DNA of 64,000 nucleotides from the human T2T-CHM13v2.0 reference genome, Homo sapiens (GCF_009914755.1 NC_060930.1), one strand, 5' to 3'. Shown: positions 23,029 through 36,529, numbered from the stretch's first letter. Program-made: numbers and translations. The notes: generated from the sequence alone by a model not told the origin.

Positions 23029-25545
23029 CAGAGATCCAGAACAATGTGGGGATGCCCCGTCTTACAACTTCTATTCAACGTACTACTGGAAGACCTAACC
23101 AGAGCAATTATGCAAGGGGAAAAATAGGCATCCAAATAAGGAAAGTAAAAATAAAGATATCTGTTTGCAGTTGACATGATCTGATATGTAGGAAACGCCT
23201 AAAGACTTCACGTAAAAACTATTAGAACTAATAAGTGAATTCAGGAAAGTTGCAAAATATAAAATCAACATCCAAAAATCAGTTCCATTTCTATATACTA
23301 GCAACAAACTATCCAAAAAAGAAATTAAGAAAGCAATCTTATTTAAAATAGCATCAGAAAGAATAAAACACTTGGGAGTAAACTTAGTTAAGCTGGTTAA
23401 CGACTTGTACGCTGAAAACCAAAAGCATTGATGAAATAAATCAAAGGAGACAAAAATAAATGAAAAGACACTTTATGTTTATAGATTGGAAGAATTAATA
23501 TTGTTAAAATGTCCATAATACCCCAATAACCTAAAGATTCAGTTCAATCTCTGTCAAAATCCCAATGACATTTTTTACAAAAATAGAAAAAATAATCCCC
23601 AAATTTATATAAAATGATAAAAGAACTTCAAATGGCCAAAGTAATTTTGAGAAAATACACAACTGGAGACATCACACTTCCCAATTTCAAAATATATTAT
23701 AAAGTCATAGTAATCAAAACAGTATTATACTGGCATAAAAACAGAAATATAGACTAGTGGAACATAACATGGAGTCCAGACATGAATCTATACATGTATG
23801 TTCAATTGTTCTTTGACACAGGTGCCAAGAATGTACAAGGGAGAAAAAAAGTCTCTTCAATAAATAGTGTTGAGAAAACTGGATGTCCACATGCACAACA
23901 ATAAAATTGGACTCTTCTCTTACACTGCACAAAAAAAAAAAAATCAACTCAAAGTGAATTAAAGACTTAAACATAAGACCAGAAATTGTAAGAGTCCTGG
24001 AAGAAAAAGGGGTAAATGCTTCTTGACATTGGTGTGGGGAATAATTTCTTAGCTATGATCACAAAAGCATAAGCAACAAAAGCAAAAATAGACAAGTGGG
24101 ATTATATCAAACAAACAGTTTCTACACAGCAAAAGAAACAGTCAACAAAATGAAAATGTGACTTACAGAATGGAATGAAATATTTGAAAACCATATATCT
24201 GATAATAGATCTGATATCCAAAATACATAAGGAACTCCTACAACTTAATAGCAAGAAACCAAATAATGAATTCAAAATTGGCAAAGAACCTGAATAGGCA
24301 TTTCTCCAAAGATGATATGCAAATGGACAATGGCAATATGAAGAGATGCTGGACATCACTAATCGTCAGAGAAATGCAAATCAAAGCAACAATGAATTAT
24401 TACTTCACACCTGTTAGGATGGCTATTATTGAAAAAAGAAAGTTGGCAAGGATGTGGATAAAAGGGAATCCTTGTACATTATTGATGAAAATGTAAACTG
24501 GTGAATCCACTAACTATGAAAAACAGTATAGAGATTCCTTAAAAAAAATTAACCTACCATATGACCTAGTTGTTATGGTCTGAAAGTTTGTGCCCCCACC
24601 AAATTCATATGTTCAAATCCTGACTCCAAGATGACAGTATTAAAAGGTTAGGCCTTTGGGAGGTGATTATTTCATGAGAATGGAACCCTCATGAATGAGA
24701 TTCATGCTCTTAAAAAAGAGGCCTGAGGGAGAGCCCCCAACACAACTTCCACCATGGGAACACAGCTAGAAGGTAAGGAGACAGCTACATGGCAGCATCC
24801 ACAAAACAGAAAGTGGGCCCCTACCCAGATACTGAATCTGCCAGCACCAAGATCTTGGACTTCCTAAACTTCAGAGCTATGATAAATAAATGAGTAAGTT
24901 AAGGGAGCTCATTCACCCCTTCAACAATGTGAAGACACAAGAAAAAAGCATCATCTATGAAGCAGGAAATAAGCCCCCACCAGAAACCAAACCTACTGGA
25001 TCTTGGAATTTTCCAAGATTTTGAATTTTCTTGGATTTTCCAGCCTCTAGAATTGTGAGAAATAAATGTTTATTGTTTGTAAGGCACTCCATTTATGGTA
25101 TTTTATTATAGCAGTCCTAACAGACTAAGAGACCATAAATTTATATATGAGGAATCTACAATAGTCAAACTCATAGAAGCAAGAAGTATGGTGATGACGG
25201 GGACTGAGAGAAGGAGGAAACAGGGAAGTGTTGGTTAAGAGATACAAAGTTTCAGCTGTAAACAATGAACAAGTCCTAGAGAACCACTGTACAACATAGT
25301 GCCTATAGTTAACATTACTGTATTGTTGGCTTAAAAATTTGCTAAGAGGGTAGATCTTGTATTAAGTGTTTTACCACAAAAATAAATAAATGTAGTGGGA
25401 TGAAACTTTTTGAGGTGATAGATAATGACTATGGTATTGGTTGTTAATGGTTTCATAGGGGTATACTTCTCTCCAAATTCATCAAGCTGTATATATTACA
25501 TATGTACAGCTTTTTGTATGTCAGCCATATCTCAATAAAGTGGAT
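23029..25545 (+). mobile_element. L1MA10/L1MB1-2-like LINE-1, 3' ORF2 and 3' UTR (interrupted by MLT1A)
   Basis: ORF2 remnants (CTTCTATTCAAC..TACTGGAAG; LNRHFSKDDMQM). 3' UTR AAATTTGCTAAGAGGGTAGATCTT...CTCAATAAAG. Confidence 0.85.
24571..25132 (+). mobile_element. MLT1A-type MaLR solo LTR with a duplicated internal segment
   Basis: Starts TGTTATGGTCTGAA; GGCCTTTGGGAGGTGATT; ends CAGACTAAGA. The block ...GATCTTGGA..TTCC..AGA..TGA.AAATAAATG occurs twice (~24760-24892 and ~24920-25068). Confidence 0.85.
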
Positions 25546-27869
25546 GAATTTTTTGAAGGTTTTGTTTTTTGTTATTTTGTTTTGTTTTACAATAAAGGAT
25601 TATAGAAAATAGGAGATGCAATTGCGTGGACTGGCAAGTCATACTATATAATTCTTTTATATTAAGAATGTTTCTTCATTTTGCTGAAGCTCTTTCAAAA
25701 ATATTTTTAATACCTCCCCTATATGTATAGTTTAGTATAGTCTATAATTTCAAAATTCAATGTCAAGGTAAAGATTATTTAATACTCTTTCTGAAAATAC
25801 GAGTAATATTTCAGTGAAAGGAGCTATTTGAATATGTGAATCTTTACCTTGTCAAGTTACTTTATTAACCCATGTGATTTTTTTCCTGCAACAAAATTCA
25901 TACTTCCTGAACTAGCTACACTAAATGTTTAACACTGGCTTCCCACACACTTCTAGTATTTATCGGACCTCAAAATAGAATTTGCTTAAGATTTTAGAAC
26001 CCTTAATAGCTATAAAATTAACATATTAAGATTGTGTCTGTATTTTGATGCTTAACACAAGTTATTTTGTGGTGATTATATTTCTTTTTATGATTGGCAC
26101 ATTGTTGAGGCTCATATTTTTAAATATATATGACATAATTACACATGCACAAACGCAGAAATCACAATTATCTGCTTATATTTTAAGTTGGTTATTTAAG
26201 ATGGATTTTAAAATTATATATTTTCCTCTAAAGTCAAAATTTATGTAAATTTAAATAAATGAAGTGTTTCCCAGTCATTTCAAACACAACATAGAGCTAT
26301 ATAGAACTAAATATTAAATAGTACTAAATATGTACATCAAGTACCAATTACATAGAACTATTTATGCCTAATTTCTTTATAGAGGGTGAATTACATGGTC
26401 TTCCAGATATTTATATTCCTAAAATTAAAAATAAAGAGAAGAGACAAATTTACAATATGTGCAAAAAGAAGTTTCTAGTTCTATGGAAATTTTCAGAATC
26501 CAGATACATTTAATTATCGAGAAGACTTCAAAAATAATCTTTTGACACTATATAAAAGAACATTTACATGCAAGATATAATTTTAGAATGTATTTAATGA
26601 AGAACATGGAATTCGTCTGTGAAGAAAATATTTTTTGTTAATGAAATGAAAATGACCTTGAAATATAACAATAGGGTAGAATGCCAGTATTCAATGTTTT
26701 TGAATTTTTGCTCATCTATGATCAAAATTCAATGAGAGGTTGTAAAACACCTAACTTTTCTTTACGAATATTTTTGGAAGGAACTTTAACTATTTTACAA
26801 ATGATACTTAACTACCTGGTAATTAAAACTCATTATAAATGGAACACGGACAACTTATATTTAAATAATATCACCAAGTAAAGTTTATACCACTTTTTTC
26901 CACTCTGAAATTATGCTTTTTTAGTTTCCAAGTAAAAATGCATTTTGCTTTTTGTATTTGAATACAGAACCAAACTTTTAATAATTAGTGTTAATAGAAT
27001 AGAATAATGCAACACAGAAGAATAATTTTCATCTTCCTTTTACAAATTTTCACATGAAAATTTAGAGATTATGTATACTATATTATAATAAGCTTCCATC
27101 ACTTCGAAATCTAAGTCCAGAATAAAAGGGCAAATAGACTACAATTGTCATGAAATAAAAACCTAACATGAATCACAGAATACAAGGAAACGACTTTGCA
27201 CAAATTTTACCTCTTTGATACTCACGAGAAAGATAGAAAATTTCAAATTTCAGTATCAAAAAATGGGTGAAGAAACATCAATGGAACTTTGCCACGAATA
27301 TCTGCATTATAACCCTGTAGAGTCTGTAACAATTATCCCACTTTCCAAATAAAGAAACGGGAGTTCAAAGAGCATATATAATACATATTATAAATACATA
27401 AAAGAAAAGAGAGAAAAAGAATGTAAAAACTGAGGAGTCCTTAATGTAGCTTTACATTTAATAATGCAAACAAAAGGGATTAAACAGAAGCCAATCTTTG
27501 CTTTAAAATACCATTTAGAAATTTGTCTTCATATAAAACATTTTCCAGGGAGTGGGCAATTAAAGTTCATGTTTTGCCTTAACTACTTCTAGGAAGCTCA
27601 AGGCTAAGTCTGTCTTCAAATAGCTCTAACTTTCCTCAGATAAGGATTTCTTGCATAATTCTTTTTCTTTTCATCATATTTACAACTTTTTATTTGTTTT
27701 ATTCTGCAGGAATACTTTATTTTTATCTTGTACTTGCTTTTATATAAGGTGCCTCAAATTCACCTCAGAAATAGGTATGTGATTAAATGCCACTTTAAAA
27801 TTATTATGCTGCATTAATAATATTAATCCAACAGTCCACACTAATGCAAAATTTCTTTGAGCTCCCTTT

Positions 27870-28045
27870 GCGGTTTTTGGAGTTAAATCTGGGTGCTAAA
27901 ATATCTTTGTCACCTGCTGGCTACATGATCTTAAGCAAGTTAGTTAGCCTCTGTTTACTTATCTTTTTAAAATAAAGTAAATCTTTCAAATGATGTTATT
28001 ATAACGATTAGCATTTTGTGCATTGTTGTCTGGCAATAATTATTG
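27870..28045 (+). mobile_element. MIR fragment
   Basis: TTTGGAGTTAAATCTGGGT...ATGATCTTAAGCAAGTTAGTTAGCCTCTG. Confidence 0.6.
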
Positions 28046-28944
28046 CATTGTTTTGATATTATTACACCTCACATTTGTCTCCCTGTATTTTGTAACCTCT
28101 TAGCAGGAAGTTTATTTTACCCATCGTTATAGCCTCGGTTATTAGGCCAAAGCAGAATAGGAAATTATACCCTAAACCTGTGTTTTACATCATAGAAAAA
28201 TAAAATGGGTAATTTCTCACAGAACAAACCTTAAATGATAACATGCTAACCTTAAATCTGAACTATGTTGCTAGCAAAACAGATGGTCCTAAGTCATGGA
28301 TCTCCCAGGCTAAAGGTCAGCAGGTCATAGTTTAGTGAATACTGGTCTAATTCCACAACAATTTAAGGGATGGAAAGTTGTTCTTGAATATAGAATCATA
28401 TTTTCCTTTTTATTGAAGGCATAAGAGACTGTCAGATCCATTAATGACAAATCAGTGCTAAATAATATTAAGTATCTTCACAAGTAATTATTTTTGATTA
28501 TTGAAGTAGAAATAGAGACATTAACTGCTAGACAATTTAAATATGATCCAGGCATTTATTTTCAATGATAATTAATCATAAGATAGTTAACTGTTTTAAT
28601 CACTACTCATTTATTTTAATGCCCTAAACCCACTAAAATTCTGAAACTATCTGATACTCCAATCCCCATTTCCTGTTTGCTTATCCAAATTATAACCACT
28701 TCAAGGCTTGGCTTACAGTTCCTCTCCCTCATGGAGTTGTACAGAGTAACTCAGAAATTTCACTCTTTATAAACTCCTACCACCTAATTCGTATGTTAAA
28801 TATTCAGGTTGTACTATTTTGCGTATAAGATAAGACCACAACCTAACACAGTGGCCTTGAACAAGTCACTTAAGCTTTCTGGACTTCTATTGTTCCTCCC
28901 CACCCATTCACCCTAATGTGGGAATCAAATCTTATGAGGGGCAT

Positions 28945-29270
28945 CCTAGTATATTCTTAAGAATGCAGGCTTCTGGATACAGTATTGTATCTGCCACTTG
29001 TTAACTGTGTGACACTTGCCAACAAGTGATGATGACAGTTATTGCTTTCTAAGCCTTTTCTATGTATTAGGCAATGATCAATTTCTGCACATATTCTAGT
29101 TCATTTACTTAGTTTACTTAAGTTTTCTGCATCACATTGCTTAGTTTAAAACGGGAATAATATCCTCCTAAAACGGCTGTAAGGATTAAGTGAGTCAAAT
29201 TTTCAAAAGTACGTAGAATAGCATTTGGTACACAATAAGAGCATAACGAATACTAGCTATTATCATTTTA
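28945..29270 (+). mobile_element. MIR (interrupted)
   Basis: TCTGCCACTTGTTAACTGTGTGAC; AAAACGGGAATAATA..GGCTGTAAGGATTAAGTGAG..TAGCTATTATCATT. Confidence 0.6.
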
Positions 29271-30409
29271 TTTACTTGCATTTGGGGGCTGGACATGAGA
29301 CTTCACTGAAGTTTTGTATCATTAAAACCAAACATCGTGACAGTCAATGTCATGTATTTCACAAGCTTACATCTTGTCTTTAAGTAGATTGTTAATTATT
29401 GATGGTATACCCATGACTTACATTTGAATGTGTCCTTTATCAGACTAATATCATTATATAAATGCTAGGAATATCATACATATTCATTTAAATATGAAAT
29501 AGGACAAAATGAAGGAGAAAAATGCAGCTATGGTGATGATAAGAATAGGGTGTGGTATAAATTTGCTGAAACTATCATCAAAAAAATGTTGGAATCTTTT
29601 GGATAGTATTGTCATCTAACACTAAGCAGTGGTACCTCACAAAAGGCAAGAGTTAAAGATTTATTTATTTTTAACTGTGTTGAGACTCAGACACAAATTC
29701 TTAAATTTTAATGTTAAGAACTTTAATGGGTTTCTTAAAAGAATAAAACATTTTATTGATACTCATTCCATATATATCTACATGTAGTCGTCCCATTTCG
29801 GTCCCTTTCTTTGAATGTATTCAGTGTTTTGAATTAGTTCTTGCTAAGTTAAATACACATAGATTTCAACACAACAAAAAAAAATTCAGGACACATATTT
29901 CTCCTTGCTGAGCAACCATAATCATATTACATAAGAAAAGTAGCAGATCTTACATTGATATTCCACTTTGTGTGTCAGAGTTCCACAGTCCATCATGCTG
30001 GCAAAGACAACATCAAGTTTCCTTAAACTTGCACCTGGTGCAAAGAATTGCTCAAGTGATTTGTATGCATTATATCATTCCATCTTCATATTAACTCACG
30101 ACGATATAAACAAATATTACCTACATTATACAAAAGGAAAACCTGAATATTAATTTTTCCAATTGTACAGCAAGGAAAGTAAGAGATTTGAATAATAAAG
30201 CCCAGGTTCTGAACCATTATATCAATCATTCATATTCTTACTCATGCACTCTTTCATTTAATAATTATTTATTGAAGGCCTACTATTGTCCCAGGCACCA
30301 TCCCAGAAACTGAACACTGTGGTGAAGCAAAATCTGTGCCTTCTTCAATCTTACAGTCTAGGGAGGTAGAAAGTAAATGAATAGGTAAATTATAATGTAA
30401 TTCAGAAAG

Positions 30410-31370
30410 ATATTTTTTAAAAGTTTTACTAATGTAAGTTTATATACAAAATATTGAACATATTTTTATTATTATATTTTGATGACTTTTAACATATGCA
30501 TACAGCCATGACTCCATCACTGCAATTAGTATACTAAATATATTCATCATTTCCAAAAATTTCCCTGTGTTCTTTTGTGTGTGTGCTATGGTTTGGTTTA
30601 ATTTTTTTGCGGGGGAGGGGACGTTGTTTGCTCTTTGTGTTAAGAATACTCAAGGTGAAATCTATCCTCTTAACTTATTTTAAAGTACACAATACTGTAT
30701 TGTTAATTGTAAGTACTATGTTGCACAGCAGTATATTTGTCCATTTGCATTGCTATAAAAGAATACCTGAGGCTGGGTAATTTATAAAGAAAAGAGGTTT
30801 ACTTGGCTCATGATTGTCAGCAGTAGGAACATGGTGCCAGCATCTGCTTGGCTTTTGGTGAGACCCAGAAAGCTTTTGGTCATGGCGAAAAGGAAGGGGA
30901 GCCAGCATGTCACACGGTGAGACAAGGAGCAAGAGAGAGAGGAGGAGGGACCAGGCTGCTTTAAACAACCAGCTCTCAGGTGAACTACCAGAGCAAGAGC
31001 TCACTCATTACCATGGGGAAAGCACCAATCCATTCATGAGGGATCTGCCCTCATGACCCAAACACCTCCCACTAGCCTCCACCTTCAACACTGGGGATTC
31101 TATTTCATCATGAGATTTGGAGAGGACAAATATTCAAACCATATCAAGCAGGTCTCTAGAACTTATCATCTTGTATAATAAATATTATATCCATTGAGCA
31201 ACAATTCCTACTTCTCCCTTGCTCCAGCCCCTGGTAATCACAATTCTATTCTTTGCTTCCATGCATTTGACTATTTTAGATATCAGATGTAAGTGGAATC
31301 ATGTAGCGATTGTCCTTCTGTGACACGTAGCATAATGTCCTCCAGGTCCATCCATGTTGTCACAAATGGA
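30410..31370 (-). mobile_element. L1MA-type 3' end (interrupted by MSTB)
   Basis: GAAATCTATCCTCTTAAC; TACTATGTTGCACAGCAG|GTCTCTAGAACTTA; CCAGCCCCTGGTAATCAC; TCCATCCATGTTGTCACAAATGG. Confidence 0.8.
30732..31146 (-). mobile_element. MSTB-type MaLR solo LTR
   Basis: Full-length match to the recalled MSTB consensus. 5-bp TSD AGCAG at 30727-30731 and 31147-31151. Confidence 0.9.
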
Positions 31371-31735
31371 AATAAATGTTGTGAAAAATGTAAAAGAGGG
31401 TAATGGCATATAAAATGGTGAGAAGTGAGTGATGTTTAGATAAGCGTGATTAAAAATGGCCTCTGAGAAAGTCATCCTTGATCAGAGACATTAATTAAGT
31501 ATGGGAAATAAATGCATGAAGATCTGGGGTAGAGTTTTCAAGGAAAATGAAACAACATGCAAGACATCTCAGGCTGGAAAGAATTTGGCACATTTAAGAA
31601 ATTGCTAGAAGGGTGATGTGTTTAGTGTGGCATGAATGTGGGAGAAAGGGACAGAAAGTCTACCACTTCTGAAAATAGGTCATTAGAAACACTGTGGTTC
31701 CCTTTTCACTCTTTCTCTTAGAAAACGTGTCAGTA

Positions 31736-32060
31736 GGCTGGGTGCGGTGGCTCACGCCTGTAATCCTAGCACTTTGAGAGGCAGAGGCAGGTGGATCACT
31801 TGAGGTCAGGAGTTCAAAACCTGCCTGACCAACATGGTGAAACCCCATCTCTACTAAAAATTCAAAAGATTAGCCACGTGTGGTGGCATGTGCCTGTAAT
31901 CCCATCTACTCAAAGGGCTGAGGCAGGAGAATTGCTTGAACACGGGAGGTGGAGGTTGCCGTGAGCCAAGATTGTGCCACTGACCCCTCCAGCCTAAGCG
32001 ACAGAGCAAGAGTCTGTCTCCAAGAAACAAAAAACAAAAAAAAAAGAAGAAGAAAGAAAA
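31736..32060 (+). mobile_element. AluSx/Sz-type full-length Alu
   Basis: GGCTGGGTGCGGTGGCTCACGCCTGTAATC through to an A-rich tail. Degenerate TSD AGAAAACGTGTCAG / AGAACATGCGTCAG. Confidence 0.93.
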
Positions 32061-32233
32061 AGAACATGCGTCAGAGGGAAGTCAGGTACCATGTCCTGAG
32101 AACATTCAATCAGCCCTATGTAGAGGTCCATGTTGTGAGGAACTGAAGCCTTTTGCTAACAGCAGTGTGAGAGAGCCACCTTAGAAATAAGTCCTCTCTC
32201 AACAGTAAGGCTTTCAAATGACCACCACTTCTT

Positions 32234-32274
32234 TTTTTTAAATTTTTTATTTTATTTTATTATTATTATACTTT
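32234..32274 (-). mobile_element. Extremely 5'-truncated L1PA insertion (terminal ~14 nt plus tail)
   Basis: The minus strand reads AAAGTATAATAATAATAAAATAAAATAAAAAATTTAAAAAA. Perfect TSD CACTTCTT at 32226-32233 and 32275-32282. Confidence 0.75.
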
Positions 32275-33599
32275 CACTTCTTAAGAGACTCTGGGCCAGA
32301 ACTGTGCATCCAGGCTTTTCCAAAATTCCTTAACTATGGAAACAGCCAGATAGTAAGTGTTTGCCATTTTAAGCGCTTAGGTTTTGAGGTAATTTATTAT
32401 GCAACAATAAGTAACATCATGAGACGGAACTTTTATTTTCTTCTAAGTGCAATGCTAAAATTTTGAAGAATTTTAGCACAGTTTTAATCTGATTTGAGCA
32501 GAGGCAGGAAGACCAGTTGTGAGGCAGTTGCACTAGACCAGGTGAGATATGATGAAGGATAAAGTGTTAGAGGTAAAGGTCTACAAATTGGTTGGATTAT
32601 TTGGAAGGTAGAGGTTTGCTGTAGATAGAATGGAAGTCTAAGAAAAAGGGGAGAAATCAACAGTGACTCTCAGGTTTTTGGCTTGAGTAAGTAGGTGAGG
32701 AGTAGCAACATTTACAGATATAAAAATGACTGGCAGAAGAACAGGCTTGGCTGGGAAAAATGTAAGTTGTACTTTGGCTACACTTAGGTGAGACCTAATA
32801 AGAGATGTAGAATCAGGAGTTGGATGAGGAATTCTGGAGCCTAAGGAAAAGGTTGGGGGTTGACATGTAAATGTTTGTGTCATTAGCATATGATTGATGC
32901 TCGAATTTATAGGAGTGGGAGAGAGGAAGGAAGATCGCCAAGGACTGAGCCCAGTGATACTCTAATATGCAAAGTTCAGGAAGAGAATGAGAATCCAGCA
33001 AATGAAGTAAGAAGGGGCAATGAATGCAAGAGGAAGAAAATCAGGAAAATGTAGATCACAAGATTCAAGTGCAGAAAGTATCTTAAGAAAAAGAAAGAAA
33101 TCAACTGACTCATCCTACTGAGAAGTATAGTTAAATGGAAGCTGAGTTTTGACTACTGGCATTGGCAAGGTGAAAGATGCTGCGTATCTTTATAAGAACA
33201 ATTTTAGACACTCTTTAGAGTGGATTTATGAGAGAACAGGTGAAGAGGATGTGGCCACAGTATGAAGCTTCCTCCTACACCTCAGTAGGGTTACCCTGGT
33301 TCATTGCCTTCCTGAACCTTTTTCTAAATTCTTGAGACCATCAGTACTGCAGTTCCTTCAACCAAATAACATTTTCCCCTTTCCTTTTATATTTGGAACA
33401 AAATCCTTTTGTTGAGGTCGTCTGCGCTAAGGACACTTCCAGTTGATTTCACCCATTGCGATAATACACATCTACCATCTTTCATCTTTTTAGACACCAA
33501 GCCCAAACTACCTTCCTGGGTTTCATACTTTTTTCAATATTTTACTCTATATTTACATTCTAAAATTTTTAATACAAATAAAACTCAGCGCATCTCAAA

Positions 33600-34500
33600 C
33601 TGTACTTTAAAACCTATTAGCTCTAAAACCTATTCTTTCACTATCTTCTCTTTTACCACAATCTTCCTAAGTCACCCAAGAACAACAAAACCAGAAATCT
33701 CAGCCATGTGAGCAAGAGTTACTCCCTGGTACTCCCCACTCTATATGCAGTAGTCAAGGAATCCTGTTGATTCCATCTCTGGAGCTTCTCTCATATGGAG
33801 CTTCTCCACTCAGATACTCTCTCACTGCCTCAATTCACTTTCCCATCATTCTCACCTGAATAGGCAGGACCCCTTCAACCAGTTTCCCTGAAAATCCATA
33901 TAAAACTTGTCTTCCACATCCAAGCTGTCTTTCTAAAACACAGATCTGAGCATTCCACTTTTCTCTCTTCTGTTGGAGTATGGTATCTGAACTGTGTTTA
34001 TTCCCTGGCTGTACTAAGCATTCAAATCTTTGTTGAATGAATGAGTGTCACTACCCTGACATGTACCTGCTTCTCACTGTTGAAGGTTAAATTCTAATTT
34101 TTATCTGGTCACTAAAAATTGATCAACCGTTCTAGTCTTATTGCTCACCACTTTCTAGTCTTCTTTCTTGCCATCCTGAAACAGGCACGTTGTAGTCTAT
34201 CCTCATACATACTCTGAGCAAACGATACTCTCAAAGTCCTTAGGCTTTTGCTGATGATCTTCCCTCCTTCCTCTGACCAGTGGAGAATTACTCCATCTTT
34301 AAGGCAGGCCCAGTTTTAATACTCATTTTGCATGACTGCCCCATCCCAGGTCTCCCTTAGCACTTTGTACTCTAAATGCAACACTTTTGTCACTTTTTAA
34401 TGTGCTATTTGCAAGTGTTTTCCTCATTAGACTATGACTTCCTTGAAGCCAAGGACCATATCACATTTATTATTTTTCACTCCCAGCACTCATTACAATA
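33600..34500 (+). mobile_element. L2 fragments (plus strand)
   Basis: GTCAAGGAATCCTGTTGATTC; TCTTTCTAAAACACAGATCTGA; TGTTGAATGAATGA; ATTAGACTATGACTTCCTTGAAG. Confidence 0.6.
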
Positions 34501-36529
34501 GATAACTTAGAATTTAAACTCAGTCAGGCCCACCCATCAGCCTGTCCCTCTGAATAAATCTTTCTAGAAGAATATCACTTGGTTTTTAATGTGAAAATTT
34601 CATAAAACATACACGGCTCTCAACACAATGATTTTTACACTGCTGTTTACACCAGAAAACTTACATTTATTTCCACAAAACATGGTACTAAACTTTAAAA
34701 TTCATATTTATTTCCACAAAATGCAATACATTTTTAAAATCTGGATTTTTTAAATATCATGTACGCATCTTGGAAACCACAACAAAAGAGTGACATCTAA
34801 GAGGTGACACAAATTTAAAAAAACTTTTTTTAACAACCTTATTGATCAGTGATTAGAAAGTGATATTTTATGCATTTTAAAACCTAGCATAATCTCTTGT
34901 TACTTATATGTTAATGGTTAAGTATAATTTGGGTTATATTGTAGAAAGCTGTCTGAAAGTTTTGGATTGACATGCAATGCATTATAACTTTTTCATGTAA
35001 AATATTAGAAAATAAGCTCTCAGAGAGCTTATTTTATTCAATATATCTGATCAATCAGTAGATCTGATATTGATATAAAAAAGCAATAAATCTGATTTTT
35101 TAAATGAATTATTAATTGGGAACAACCTGTACTCATTACTAAGTTATTTCTGATTTTCTCACATTCAAATTCAATTGCATTTATTTCCAGAACATGAGTA
35201 GAACATATGTCCTATGTGTGTGTAAAAAAATAAGAGGCTTTACTGTTGCCAAAGATATCTTGAAATTTACTATCTTAATGAAAAGAAAACAACACATTTA
35301 AAATCAGCAACTCAAGTTGCATTGGTTTGGTTCAAATGAAAAGACTTTTTTCCTGATCCTACTTCTACTGTGATGATTATATAAAATGGCATTCACCATT
35401 TAGACTCAATTTACAGAAATGCTACAAGCAGATGTGCTTGAATTTGTATTAATTTATTTTCAAGATGTTCAGAAATCTAATTACATTAGGCATTCCTTGT
35501 GTTTAAAACTCAATTTTCCTGAATATATAGAGGTGGGCCATTATTCATTAGAGTTAAAAATTCCAACTCTGTCAATAGCACTAGGTATTTAAATATAACT
35601 GAATGTGACCTGCTTCACATACATCTTGCCCCAGGGCACAGTTTCTTCATCAAATAATTTCATTCACTCAGCACATGTTATAGAGAGCATCTTACTGTGT
35701 ATAAATTATTGGGAAGTAGAAGGTGATGCAACACTGGTTTAAACTGCTGGTTATCCAGTGACCATTCATTGCAAGTGTCACAATGAAACAGTCATTACGC
35801 TTGTTGCTCATACTACTCCTAATTTCTTACCTGTACATTTCAAGAAGCCAAACTTACATAATGCAAATTGAGAAGTTTATTAAATACATTTCTAGTATTT
35901 ACGAATGGCTTAAATATAAATTGGAAGGCCATCTCCCTTAGCATCAATATTTTGGCTGAATATAATAAATACTAATACTATCACAATTGAAGAAATCAAG
36001 AGATTCCCTTAAAATATATTTAAAACGAATATATATGTATATAGGTATGTGTATATCTCTATATGTATAGATATACACAGTATACACATTTATATTTATA
36101 TATGTTTTCCAGGGATAAACACTTCACCAAAGATTGTTCCTCTGTTAAATTTAAGGTGTACCTGAAATCTTATATGGTCCCTTTGTTTTAGGTATATAGG
36201 CCACCATTTTGTAAACTGATTCTGTGCTTGGAGACAGTAAATGTAGGATAAAACAGCCACAATTTTTGAAGTCAGACTAATCAAATATGTGTTCTAATTT
36301 TTATGGGCCTCAGAAATGTAAATAGATCTCATATAAAACGATGAAACCACTTCCTAACTTGTTGGGTGGTTTTTGAAAATTAAGCCTAATATATGTAATT
36401 TAAGGGCTTGATATTTGTGGTGATTTTTAATCTCTAGGAAAAGATTATACATCCTTTCCCTTTAAACATGTCCCCTTCACCCAACTCTAAAGGAGAAAGC
36501 TCCTCTAATGCATTATCTTGGGTAGATTC

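Larger units (their letters stand above)
31660..32420 (+). mobile_element. MLT1F-like MaLR LTR (interrupted by an Alu and a micro-L1)
   Basis: CAGCCCTATGTAGAGGTCCATG..GAGGAACTGAAGCC; TTTTAAGC.CT.AGGTTTTGAGGTAATTT.TTATGCAACAATA. Confidence 0.7.
30255..33260 (-). mobile_element. Fragmented L2 hosting L1MA/MSTB and MLT1F/Alu insertions
   Basis: Reverse L2 3' end TTTATTGAAGGCCTACTATTGTCCCAGGCAC at ~30268. The L2 body resumes at ~31375-31660 and ~32425-33260 (GACTCTCAGGTTTTTGGCTTGAG; AGGACTGAGCCC). Confidence 0.7.

Noticed and set aside
31660-31848. Alu-derived ORFs (also 37326-37776, 53272-53568, 56591-56827)
   Set aside because: These are typical Alu reading frames with no evidence of exonisation.
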